A stretch of 64,000 bases of DNA from an uncultured bacterium (GTDB lineage Bacteria > Patescibacteriota > Microgenomatia > Levybacterales > UBA12049), in NCBI GenBank assembly GCA_963826535.1, contig CAWGXL010000011.1, positions 576,809 through 640,808 on the forward strand. Direction: 5' to 3'. Positions 1 to 9,509 of the stretch are shown in pieces. Positions within the stretch are counted from its first letter, which is position 1. Each line of letters begins with the position of its first letter. The position numbers and the translations under genes were made by a program. The notes under the pieces were generated by a model, which worked only from the letters and a program-made list of their open reading frames with translations, was not told the origin of the DNA and did not search any database.

Positions 1-643
1 GGGTTCTCAGATGGAGCGCTCCGGGTGATTTTGCCATGAGTGTTGCTGCTTTGGCTAAATTCGCGGCGGCTATGACTTCTCCTTCGGAATTAATAATCGT
101 TGCTTTTTTCTCTCTTTCCGCTTCCGCCTGTTTGGCCATTGTTCTCTTCATGTCTTCGGGGAGGATGATATCTTTTAATTCAACTGCAAGGACTTCAAGT
201 CCCCAGCTTGTAGTTGTCTCAACCACAATATTTCGAATCCGCTCGGCTATTTTATCACGATTGGCGAGCAGATCGTTTAATTCTACTTCTCCTACAACGT
301 TTCTCATAGTGGTTTGAGCTAATTGATGGACTGCAAAAAAGAAATCTTCCACTTCAAGGACTGCTTTTGATGCATTAACGACCTTGTAATAGATAACTGC
401 CGATATGCGTGTTGAAACATTGTCCTTGGTAATTGCTTCCTGATCGGGTACATCGACAGCTTTTGTTCTTATGTCGACTTTGATATAGGATTGTATGATG
501 GGAATTACTAACCGCCATCCAGGTTCCATCATGCCGGTATATTTCCCAAAAGAAAATTTAATTCCTCTTTCATATTGGTTAATTTGCTTTATTGAGATAA
601 GGAGGATGATGAGTAGGGGAATGATAAAAATCATAATTTCCAT
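1..643 (-). CDS. SPFH/Band 7 (stomatin/slipin) family membrane protein, runs off window start
   Basis: Manual translation MEIMIFIIPLLIILLISIKQINQYERGIKFSFGKY...PGWRLVIPII...VDIRTKAVDVPDQEAITKDNV...LAQTTMRNVVGEVELNDLLANRDKI...MAKQAEAEREKKA. Not in the ORF track because no stop lies in the window. TTGACA-16-GATAAT ends 6 nt before the ATG. Confidence 0.92.
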   Translation of the reverse strand, partial: MEIMIFIIPLLIILLISIKQINQYERGIKFSFGKYTGMMEPGWRLVIPIIQSYIKVDIRTKAVDVPDQEAITKDNVSTRISAVIYYKVVNASKAVLEVEDFFFAVHQLAQTTMRNVVGEVELNDLLANRDKIAERIRNIVVETTTSWGLEVLAVELKDIILPEDMKRTMAKQAEAEREKKATIINSEGEVIAAANLAKAATLMAKSPGALHLRT

Positions 644-731
644 ATTTTGATTATCTCACTTATCTCTTGGCTGTCAAGCTGGGACTGGAAAATAGCTAAG
701 GAGTTGCCAAAGGGTAATTTATTTGTGCCTA

Positions 732-760
732 CTGGATTCCCGCGTTCGCGGGAATGACAA
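732..760. repeat. REP/RPE-like palindrome, family A (CTGGATTCCCGC-N4-GCGGGAATGAC)
   Basis: ATTCCCGCG-TT-CGCGGGAAT hairpin; related copies at 24486, 40762, 40844, 52973, 53014 and 55875. Confidence 0.85.
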
Positions 761-857
761 GGCTAATGATTAACGCTTTTGCCAAACTCCGAACTATTAC
801 AGAACTGCTCCAGAGAAGGATCGTCAATAATGCCTTAGGGGCGATGAAGAACGTGTG

Positions 858-1163
858 TTAGATCAATTTTTCTGCTTTGAATTGGGGGAAGAGTAGTTTT
901 TTTAGCTCGATGCCTTCTTTTTCTGCAATATTTAAAGCTTCAAAAAGTATTTTTACCCCTTGTAGGTTTACTCCTTTCACTTGAGTCAAATATTTAACAA
1001 ACTGTAAGCGTTCCAAGTCGTTGATGGAAAACATTCTTCTTTTGGTGTCTGTTCTCTGACTAAGAAATACACCTATTTTTTCATAAAGCATAATAGTACG
1101 CGGATGGAGGTGCAGAAGTTTGGCTGCGACAGATATGGTTAAAATTGGTTGTTCTGTGCTCAT
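858..1163 (-). CDS. MerR-family HTH regulator (HspR-like)
   Basis: LTISVAAKLLHLHPRTIMLYEKIG...RTDTKRRMFSINDLERLQFVKYLTQVKGVNLQGV. Confidence 0.88.
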   Translation of the reverse strand: MSTEQPILTISVAAKLLHLHPRTIMLYEKIGVFLSQRTDTKRRMFSINDLERLQFVKYLTQVKGVNLQGVKILFEALNIAEKEGIELKKLLFPQFKAEKLI

Positions 1164-1186
1164 GGTATAAAAGTTGAGTTAATATT

Positions 1187-1215
1187 AATATAAAAGTTGA
1201 TAGCGAGAATGTCAA
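1187..1215 (-). promoter_or_regulatory. sigma70-type promoter of the MerR gene, overlapped by 12-bp direct repeats
   Basis: Minus strand TTGACA-N17-TATATT; TATAAAAGTTGA is repeated at 1166-1177 and 1189-1200. Confidence 0.55.
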
Positions 1216-2020
1216 GAGGGAAAATTTAGAAAATATTAGTTGTTAGAAATTTAATCGATTAGATGAGTTGTTAATTCAAGCAAACAGTATAGTGATCGAT
1301 GAAATTAAGTTAACAAATTCTTATAAGTAAAACATCATTGAAAATAATTGAATATAGGCTTTTGTATAATCACGGTTCTTCTGTTAAGGACTATATACTT
1401 AAGGCATAAAAACACTCTCAGCTATGGCGTAAGTCAGAGTTAGGATTTAATGATAAGAGAATAATAGAGTGAATCTATCTTATAACTTACAATTATTAGG
1501 GGAAGCTCTTATCTTGAGCGGTGTAGTGCCACTAAGAACGTTTTCGCTTCATGATTATAAATTTAGTAGTTTAGATTGCCGCTTTAGGGAAAGCGTGAGA
1601 ACATAAAGTTTGTTCTAATTTCAAGAATTAATAATTTATAAAATATAGATTTTTTTAGTATAGCCTTAAATAGTTGAAACCCATAAGACGGACAGGTCTA
1701 AAAAGGCGATTTTTTTACTTTTTTCTACCTTTTTCACGGTTTTTAATACATTTTTTGACCCATAAGACTTTTTTGATGTCCTATAGATGACTATTAAAAC
1801 TACTATTTGGTCCCTGTCAGTACCGGTTGTCTTGTGCTAAATAAGTAAAAGCCCCGACAAGACAGTAATATTTTTCATTCAGCTTCAGTTCCCATTAATG
1901 TTAACAGTAACTTTAGACCTGTAGAAAGTTTGATAAATGTACTTTTAGCTTCATTACTATATCTTTACGCACAATTTGAAATTGCCTTTTTTGGCTTTGT
2001 TAATGTATAAATAGGCATTG

Positions 2021-2050
2021 TTGACAGTTAATTCCCTATATTGTTAACAT
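2021..2050 (+). promoter_or_regulatory. candidate sigma70 promoter of the giant gene
   Basis: TTGACA-N18-TAACAT, about 30 nt upstream of ATG 2080. Confidence 0.4.
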
Positions 2051-2079
2051 TTTTATAGGCAGGTAATTGTAATCATAAA

Positions 2080-5000
2080 ATGTATAGGCGCCTGCCCAAT
2101 AGTGAAAAAATAGTTTATATCCAGCAATATCTCTCCGGAGAAAAAGCCTCGAATATCTGTAAAGATGCTAATGTTTCAAGAACGATTTTTTATAGATGGT
2201 TGAAGACATATAGGTCTAGTCATAGCCTCAAAAATAAGGATATATTGGCTTCAAAAATAGTTAAAGGGAAAAACCATTGGAAATCTTTGAATAGGAAGCA
2301 GCAGGAAGAAATAATAAAGCTTGCTATAAAATTCCCTACGTATTCAGCCCAAAAAATTGCTTCAGTTACCAAAGTAAGTACTCATGGAGTTTGGAATGTA
2401 TTAAAGCGTTACTCATTGAATACCAGGAAAGATCGGGGCCTGTATATTTCTAAATATGGTAGAAGTTTTATTAAATGCCCGGCTTATAATGATAAACTGA
2501 ATATGATTACACGCTATGAGCAAGAAGAGAAAGCTCATATAATCTGTAAGGATTTTGCTGTTTCACGTACAATTTTCTACAAATGGCTTAAGAGATACAG
2601 GCAGTCTAATAATGATATTGCAGCATTGAATGATATAAGGCCGAAAGGAGAGAAGCATTGGCGTTTTGTGCCCGGGGCAACCGGGATGGTATTGGATTTA
2701 GTTGTTGCGAGTCCAGAATTTTCTGTAAATAAGCTCACTAAGGAGATTCAATCTAAATTGCAAGGAGCGAAATCCCCCCAACCCCCTTTAGAAAAGGGGG
2801 CTAAAGTAATGAGTGTTCTAGGCAGGCATGGTATTTATAATATTTTAAAACGTCTTGATTTAAATACATATGAAAAAAGGTTAGCATACGCCAGGGCACA
2901 AGTGCCAATTGTGGTTCCAAAACCTCAAATTGCGGAAGTATCATTGCCTCCACAGCCAAGATATTCCTTTTTATCTTTTCTTTCCCCGCCACTCCGGAAT
3001 TATTTTTCTTCTTCTTTTGGAGTTACCGCAAGTATCTGTCTGATTGTTATCTTAATACCCATAGTTCTTCTTTCTTCTTTTCTTCCGGCAGATAGTTTTG
3101 GGCAGAGGATCGCTTACTTTATTGCTTTTATTTCTCTTCTTTGCGGTCTGTTTTTCTTTCTCTACTCGCTCAAGTATTATCTTTCCATTGCCTATGTTCT
3201 TTCTTTTTCACGCCGGGAAGACGGACAAAAGGATGGGAGTCCTTCGACAGGCTCAGGATTTGCAAGATTTTTAGCCGGGATATTTGGAGTTTCTATCAGT
3301 GTTGAAAATGTTGCGTCAGACGCGGTTTCTTCAAAGGTGGGAACGTCAAACGTTCCTTTTTATAATAATACTGCGGTTGGGCTGCAAGCTGATTTATCTA
3401 ATGTGAAGCTGGAGAGGAATCCTTTTGTCTCTGTGCATGTGTCAACTTATAACGAGAAACGGGTGATTGACCGGCTTTTGAGTGCCTGCACTTCATTTGA
3501 TTATCCCAACTATGAAGTGATTGTCGCCGATGATTCAAATGATGAGACGGTGGGGCTGATTGAGAAATGGGCGCATAACCCACATATTAAAATATCCCAC
3601 AGAGATAGTAGGGAAGGGTACAAAGGGGGGGCTCTTCAACAAGCGCTCAGGGTTACCGATTCCAGGGCAGAGTTTATATTGGTATTTGATGCGGATTTCA
3701 TTCCATACCCGGATACTATAGTTCAGTTTTTGAAGTATTTTCAACTCGCTACCGGCGGATTGGATAAAATCTCCCCTAACCCCTCTTTAATAAAGAGGGG
3801 AAATCAATTATCTCCCCCTTTTCTAAAGGGGGATGGGGGGATTTCTCCTATAGCTGCAGTCCAAGGTTATCAGTGGCATGTTTTAAATAAATCGGAGAAC
3901 TGGATAACGCGCGGGGTAAGAAGTGAATACGCGGGGTCTTATGTTATAGAGAGGTCAGGAGCGGAGCTTTATCATGGACTGAAACAAATATCCGGATCGG
4001 TCTATATGATTAGGCGCGATGTGCTGCAGGGAATTGGCTGGGGAACCTCACTTACGGAGGACTTTGAACTGACATTGAAACTTTATGAGGCAGGATTCAA
4101 AGTAGTCTATACACCTTATATCCAAGCACCGGCTGAGGCGGTGTCAACTATAAAGAGGCTGATCAGGCAGAGAATGAGATGGGCGGAGGGACACTCGTTT
4201 AATATTAAGAGGATGCTTATTCCGCTTTTGTTTGGAAGACATGAGATGCCGGTCGGGATTGCCACGTCGTCCCGGATGAGCGGGACTCCTCGCAATGACA
4301 GAAAGGGAAGGGTTTTCATACCTTCACCGCTGACTCGTTCGGAAAAGATGGAACTAGTCTATTTGGCTCCTTATTATCTGCAGGCTGCTTTATTCATTGT
4401 GGGGACCTTATGCTGGTTTATAGCGGAAGTTATCTTTCAAGTCAGACTTCCTTTCTGGACCGAGGTCTGGGGTTGGTCGCTGGTCGCAACTAATCTTTTT
4501 GCTCTGCCTCTTATGAATATGATAGGTATGTTCATGGAGGAATCGGATGAGAAGGATTATTTGGGCATTATATCCTTTGTAGTTCTTTCATATATTGTGG
4601 CACCATTCCAAGCATATGCGGCGGTGAAGGGATTTTTGGAAGACGTGGAGGGGCCATGGTTTAGGACACCTAAGACGGGGCGTATTACAGATACGCTTAT
4701 GCCGGGGAGGATCGCGAGGTTTGTGAGAGGGATTTTTGGCAGACATGCGCCTGCAGAATTTAAAAAGTCAAATAAACCGAAGGAGCTTGGAAATTTAAAT
4801 ACTTACTTTGCTTTGGCTACGGCGAATAATCAGTTTGGCGATTTCAAGATCAGAAGGAAAAATATAAGATGGGCTGGAAATTTAAGCGTGGTTGCGCTTT
4901 TGATAATATCCACTTTACTGGCTAATTTTGCAAATACGATGAGCTTCTCTGAGTCAGCTTATGCGTCGCAGCCTATTATGAAGACAGTTGGTGATAATAA

Positions 5001-8000
5001 TGTTTCTACGGATAATGAAGAAAAGGTAGATTTGGGTATCTCATCTGAGGAGACATTAAAAAAAGAACCGAAGAATAAGGATACAATTATCAAAAATGCT
5101 TTGGCTAAAGAGATTTCAGGTTATCGCTCTATTGCCAAAAAAACTCACAGCGGAGAGTTAGTTGAATTTATCTTTCATGAATCAGCAAAGGTTCGGGTAA
5201 AACTGGGGCATCGGGAAATTGAGTTTCAAACCAACTATATTGGTGGACAAAGAATTAATCCTAAGAGCGCAAAGGTATATCAAGATCAGGAAGTAATCTA
5301 TGAAGAAATTGTAAAAGGTATTGATCTGAAATATACAATCAATGGAGATCTGATGACGGAAGAGTTTATCGTTAAAGATAGGGAGGCGGCCAAAACATTT
5401 ATTGAACCCCACTTCGCCAAGGCTTCGCGGGGCACTGTCGTGCAGACGGTGCAGACTGTTGATGTAAAAGTTGTTTCTCCTGAAAACGAGAAAACATTTG
5501 GTTTCTTTACTGATGAAGGGAAAGAGTTATTTAAGTTTGCGAGTCCGTTTGCTAAGGATAACGATGGGAAGGTGAACAATAATATCTCGATCAGTTTAGA
5601 AAAGAGCAATATAGGGCATAAGCTTACAAAAACATTGGGCGGGTCGGCTAGAAGCTGGCTTGTTGATCCGAAACGGGCTTATCCGGTTGCGATTGATCCG
5701 ACGGTTATTGTCTCGGGATCAATTGGGGCTGATAGCGAGGTGCAATTTGGCGGGCTGCAGCGGAAATTGGCGGCGGTAAATACTGGAAGTGCTGATGCAT
5801 GGTGCAATGACACAAGCGGGATAACCTGTACTAGCTTCTGGACGAAGCGGAGAAAGATCACTTTTAATAATTCTGCATCTGCTGAAAACTTAACAAATTT
5901 TCCTATTATGGTAAAGCTGAATTCAAGCCGGATTACTTACGCAGATACACAAAGCGCGGGGCAGGATCTGAGGTTTGTTGATCCAACAGACAATACGGTT
6001 GTTCTCCCGCATGAGGTTGAGGAGTTTAATGAGACAGGGGATGACTTTGTGTGGGTGAAGGTGCCGCAAATTGATTCAGGGTCAACAACAGATTATATAT
6101 GGATGTATTATGGGAATGGTAGTATTGGGGATGGATCGGATCCAGCGAATGTGTGGGAGACTAATTATAAAGGTGTTTGGCATTTGAAAGAGAATCCGGC
6201 GGGTGGAGCACCACAGATGCTTGATAGTACAACTAATAATGGTGATGGTACATCAGCCGGTACTATGACTAGCGGTGATCAGGTAGGAGGACAAATTGAC
6301 GGGAGTTTGGATTTGGATGGGACGAATGATACTATAAGCGTTCCCGATTCTTCGATATTCAGCTTTACAAACGGAAGCGGCACTGATCTGCCGTATACGC
6401 TTTCGGCATGGGTTTTTATGAGGGATATCACGGAAACAGCGGGGATCGTATCGAAATGGGCGGATGCCGCTGATGACGCGGAGTGGGTATTATATATTAC
6501 AGGAAGCACAATGCTTATTGAAAATTATCATTTTGATGTTACCAATATATTCAGAGGCCGCACTGTTGCTCTTAATGCTGGCGCTCATCAGGACAGATGG
6601 ATGCATGTTGTTGCCACATATGACGGCTCTGAAGCAGTCGGCGGGTTTGCTATATATTTTGACGGGGTGCGGGTTGATACCACAAATTCAACCTTAGGTA
6701 GTTACACCGGAATGTCCTCAGTGGATTCTCCGGTAAGGATGGGTTCATATGACGACGATTCGGCGACTTTCTTGAACGGTATCATTGACCACGTCAGCGT
6801 TGCAGCAACCAACCGCTCGGCTGATTGGGTTGAGGCGGAGTTTAAATCAGGGGCGGATACGATTAATTCGTTTGGGGGTGAACAAACAAGCGCAGGTGAT
6901 ATTAATACATTCTATGCTTTTTATAATGATGCCGGGGTAGTCTCTTATAAAAAGTCAACTAATGCGGGTGCTTCGTGGGGGAGTGCTGTGACTGTATCGT
7001 CAAATGGGTCTGATACTGACAATCATAATCCTTCCATTGCAATTTCAAATAATTTTATCCATGTTTTTTGGGTTGATGATGGAGATAACGAGGTTCATGC
7101 ACGGCGCTTAGATACCAACTCGGATACACTAGGCACAGAATGTCTTACTTTGACTAGCTCGGCAAACATCAGTTCCAACTATATGGTGTCGGTTGCACAG
7201 CTTAGCGATACGAGTGCCATGGTGGCTTTTTCTGACACATCAGGAGGTACTGCCGGAGTGGATGTGTATGAAGTGACTAGTCTTGATGGCGCATGTGCCA
7301 TGACTGATGTTCATCCTGGGAATATAACCTTTGGATCACAAGGAGCTGGCTTGACCGATGGAGATCGACCTGTACTTGTCGGCCTTTCATCAACAACCGC
7401 AGCAGTTATCTTCCAGGATGGGGATCTGTCGTTTTCCTATTATGACGTGGCGCTTGATGAGTGGACCAGGAATAATCAGCAAATTGCCAATGTAGCTGAT
7501 TCCGTCTACTCAGTAACGACTGACGGGACCACGATCTGGATTTTGAGTAAATCAGGAACGACTGCTGCAAATTTGTATAGTCTTAATACTTCAACTTCAG
7601 ATATAACCGAGACGCAAATTGATAGCGCGGCGTCAGCAACCAATGGCCAGGACAATGTATCAGATATTGATATGTATTGTATTTCGGATACTGATTGTAA
7701 AATTGTTTATACCGATTTAATAAGTGACGCGGCGCCGGATTTGATATTTGTTGATTGTAATAATGCTGTTTGTAGTTCAAGTACCGCAGTTACACTAACT
7801 TCTGATTGCGGTGTAGCAAGCGCGGGCTGTAATCCGGCAATTCATTGTTCTTCAGGAACAGATTGTCATATAGTATTTCAGTTTACGGATGCCATACCTA
7901 TGGCAAGATTTGTTGATTGCGACGGGGCTGATAATACTAATGCTTGCAGTACAAACGCGACAGTAAATACAAATGCTGATATTGGGGGTGCCACTACGAG

Positions 8001-9165
8001 AAGCCATCTTGCAATTGATTGTCCAACCGGTACCAATTGTAAGTTTATTTATGGTAATGATACAGGAAATGGTGTGGATTTTGTCGATTGCGCTAATGAC
8101 CAGTGCGCTATCGCGAGCGATGTAATAACGGAAGTTATTGATTTTGGCGTTTCGGTGGTTGCCCCAAAGGTGGCTCTTGATTGTCCAAGCCCAACAGCGT
8201 GTAAGGTGGTGGCGCAGGATATTGACGCTGGGACACTTGTACTGGTTGATTGTAGTGGTGCCGTAACAACTGAGACATGTGCAGTGCCTCCGGCGCCAGA
8301 TATTATTGATGCCAGTAATGTTAGTGCCACTGCTGACCGTGTGCCGGTTGCAATAGATTGCGCAGGCGCTCCTACTGACTGTAAGGTAGCTTATGGGGAT
8401 GATACCGATGACGATTTGACTTTCGCAGATTGTAATGACACTGATTGTGATAGTCCGACGCGGACTGATATTGATCTTACTGGTGGTGCGACGACAAATA
8501 CTTCGCCGAGAGTCGATATGCATTGTCTGACTGCAACTGATTGTAAAATCCTTTACGAGGGGACTTTGACATCAGGATCTGAAGTTGCGTATTTCGTTGA
8601 TTGCGATAGCGCGGCCTGTACTTCAGGATCAGCGCTTGCAGATTTGGGGAACGCAAACCCGCGTTTCGGCGGAGCTATCTATTGTCCGGCAACCGATAAT
8701 TGCAAAATGGCCTACTATGAGGGGACAACCGGCACTGCTCCGACTGTTCAATTCGCAGATTGCAGTAAAGCTAAGTGTATGCCTGACTGGACTGATGCGG
8801 CTGATCCGTTTACAGGAGCGACAAATGTGTTATCTGTTTCAATTACATATGATTCAGCAAATGCTGATTTGTACGCGCATATTATTAAGGATACTACAGA
8901 GCAGGCATATTGGAAGACTACTGATGCAGCATCGATTTCCTGGGGGGCAGAGACTTCGTATGCGTTTGATACTACCGTGGGATCGCTCTCTGAGATGTCT
9001 GCGCCTATAAAGGCTACGTCAACGGATTTGATTGGTGTGGTGTTGCGCCGTTCTACTGTTGACAATTTTGAGTTTGCACCCCTGCCTGATTTCTCGTTGA
9101 TATTAATAGTCATCCTTCCAGTGTTGCCAAGATTATTAAGGAAGATACATAGACGGAGATGTTGA
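2080..9165 (+). CDS. giant multidomain protein: 2x IS481-like HTH modules, processive GT2 (cellulose-synthase-like), internal signal-like segment, DUF2341, LamG, BNR/Cys-rich repeats, PEP/PEF-CTERM-like tail
   Basis: Repeated VSRTIFY[RK]WLK.YR HTH. GT2 motifs DDSND, GYKGGAL, FDADF, LTED, QRMRW, FRTPK with flanking TM helices. DUF2341 (NLTNFPIMVKL..GQDLRFVD..VWVKVPQI..IWMYYGN). LamG (YTLSAWV..WMHVVATYDG..FLNGIIDHV). C-terminus LPDF + hydrophobic helix + RKIHRRR. Confidence 0.9.
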   Translation: MYRRLPNSEKIVYIQQYLSGEKASNICKDANVSRTIFYRWLKTYRSSHSLKNKDILASKIVKGKNHWKSLNRKQQEEIIKLAIKFPTYSAQKIASVTKVSTHGVWNVLKRYSLNTRKDRGLYISKYGRSFIKCPAYNDKLNMITRYEQEEKAHIICKDFAVSRTIFYKWLKRYRQSNNDIAALNDIRPKGEKHWRFVPGATGMVLDLVVASPEFSVNKLTKEIQSKLQGAKSPQPPLEKGAKVMSVLGRHGIYNILKRLDLNTYEKRLAYARAQVPIVVPKPQIAEVSLPPQPRYSFLSFLSPPLRNYFSSSFGVTASICLIVILIPIVLLSSFLPADSFGQRIAYFIAFISLLCGLFFFLYSLKYYLSIAYVLSFSRREDGQKDGSPSTGSGFARFLAGIFGVSISVENVASDAVSSKVGTSNVPFYNNTAVGLQADLSNVKLERNPFVSVHVSTYNEKRVIDRLLSACTSFDYPNYEVIVADDSNDETVGLIEKWAHNPHIKISHRDSREGYKGGALQQALRVTDSRAEFILVFDADFIPYPDTIVQFLKYFQLATGGLDKISPNPSLIKRGNQLSPPFLKGDGGISPIAAVQGYQWHVLNKSENWITRGVRSEYAGSYVIERSGAELYHGLKQISGSVYMIRRDVLQGIGWGTSLTEDFELTLKLYEAGFKVVYTPYIQAPAEAVSTIKRLIRQRMRWAEGHSFNIKRMLIPLLFGRHEMPVGIATSSRMSGTPRNDRKGRVFIPSPLTRSEKMELVYLAPYYLQAALFIVGTLCWFIAEVIFQVRLPFWTEVWGWSLVATNLFALPLMNMIGMFMEESDEKDYLGIISFVVLSYIVAPFQAYAAVKGFLEDVEGPWFRTPKTGRITDTLMPGRIARFVRGIFGRHAPAEFKKSNKPKELGNLNTYFALATANNQFGDFKIRRKNIRWAGNLSVVALLIISTLLANFANTMSFSESAYASQPIMKTVGDNNVSTDNEEKVDLGISSEETLKKEPKNKDTIIKNALAKEISGYRSIAKKTHSGELVEFIFHESAKVRVKLGHREIEFQTNYIGGQRINPKSAKVYQDQEVIYEEIVKGIDLKYTINGDLMTEEFIVKDREAAKTFIEPHFAKASRGTVVQTVQTVDVKVVSPENEKTFGFFTDEGKELFKFASPFAKDNDGKVNNNISISLEKSNIGHKLTKTLGGSARSWLVDPKRAYPVAIDPTVIVSGSIGADSEVQFGGLQRKLAAVNTGSADAWCNDTSGITCTSFWTKRRKITFNNSASAENLTNFPIMVKLNSSRITYADTQSAGQDLRFVDPTDNTVVLPHEVEEFNETGDDFVWVKVPQIDSGSTTDYIWMYYGNGSIGDGSDPANVWETNYKGVWHLKENPAGGAPQMLDSTTNNGDGTSAGTMTSGDQVGGQIDGSLDLDGTNDTISVPDSSIFSFTNGSGTDLPYTLSAWVFMRDITETAGIVSKWADAADDAEWVLYITGSTMLIENYHFDVTNIFRGRTVALNAGAHQDRWMHVVATYDGSEAVGGFAIYFDGVRVDTTNSTLGSYTGMSSVDSPVRMGSYDDDSATFLNGIIDHVSVAATNRSADWVEAEFKSGADTINSFGGEQTSAGDINTFYAFYNDAGVVSYKKSTNAGASWGSAVTVSSNGSDTDNHNPSIAISNNFIHVFWVDDGDNEVHARRLDTNSDTLGTECLTLTSSANISSNYMVSVAQLSDTSAMVAFSDTSGGTAGVDVYEVTSLDGACAMTDVHPGNITFGSQGAGLTDGDRPVLVGLSSTTAAVIFQDGDLSFSYYDVALDEWTRNNQQIANVADSVYSVTTDGTTIWILSKSGTTAANLYSLNTSTSDITETQIDSAASATNGQDNVSDIDMYCISDTDCKIVYTDLISDAAPDLIFVDCNNAVCSSSTAVTLTSDCGVASAGCNPAIHCSSGTDCHIVFQFTDAIPMARFVDCDGADNTNACSTNATVNTNADIGGATTRSHLAIDCPTGTNCKFIYGNDTGNGVDFVDCANDQCAIASDVITEVIDFGVSVVAPKVALDCPSPTACKVVAQDIDAGTLVLVDCSGAVTTETCAVPPAPDIIDASNVSATADRVPVAIDCAGAPTDCKVAYGDDTDDDLTFADCNDTDCDSPTRTDIDLTGGATTNTSPRVDMHCLTATDCKILYEGTLTSGSEVAYFVDCDSAACTSGSALADLGNANPRFGGAIYCPATDNCKMAYYEGTTGTAPTVQFADCSKAKCMPDWTDAADPFTGATNVLSVSITYDSANADLYAHIIKDTTEQAYWKTTDAASISWGAETSYAFDTTVGSLSEMSAPIKATSTDLIGVVLRRSTVDNFEFAPLPDFSLILIVILPVLPRLLRKIHRRRC
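2770..2802. repeat. in-frame palindromic insert (family B, CCCCCTTT..AAAGGGGG) encoding KSPQPPLEKGA
   Basis: Hairpin inside the second HTH module, absent from the first module. Confidence 0.7.
3766..3846. repeat. in-frame double-hairpin insert (family B) in the GT2 domain
   Basis: AAAATCTCCCCTAACCCCTCTTTAATAAAGAGGGG...CCCCCTTTTCTAAAGGGGGATGGGGGGATTT; homologous to 17353-17492. Confidence 0.8.
4255..4300. repeat. in-frame RPE-like insert GGGATTGCCACG...CTCGCAATGAC
   Basis: Imperfect palindrome ending in AATGAC, like family A; encodes GIATSSRMSGTPRND just after QRMRW. Confidence 0.75.
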
Positions 9166-9509
9166 GTTAATAAGTTGTCTGTTTGTTTTTATTGTTAAAT
9201 AATTAGATCATATTTTATGAAATAGTGCGAATAGCAGGAGAAGTATTAAAAGTATTAGATCGCTCGAGCTCGCCAAATATCTAAATTATAGTAACTGTTA
9301 TTTATAATAACGCTAAGTTGTTAAATCTTAACAAAAAGATTTTATAGGAATTTAGAATTTACAATTAATTGAGTAAATTATACCTTCCTAGACATATAAC
9401 CTTGCAAAACATACTATTTAAAGTAGAGATTAGCACGGTCATATACATTCTAAACAGAGGATAGTTTTTAATAAACAACCAGCGTTTAGGTCACTAGATA
9501 ATTGAGTAT

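Noticed and set aside
36-317. 93-aa plus-strand ORF
   Set aside because: Antisense shadow of the SPFH gene
2080-2900. Intact IS481 transposase or IS element
   Set aside because: No DDE/rve core and no terminal repeats seen; the HTHs are in frame with the GT2
7852-9113. Long overlapping ORFs (223, 141, 121 aa) within the giant gene
   Set aside because: Shadow frames of a codon-biased repeat region with no recognisable motifs
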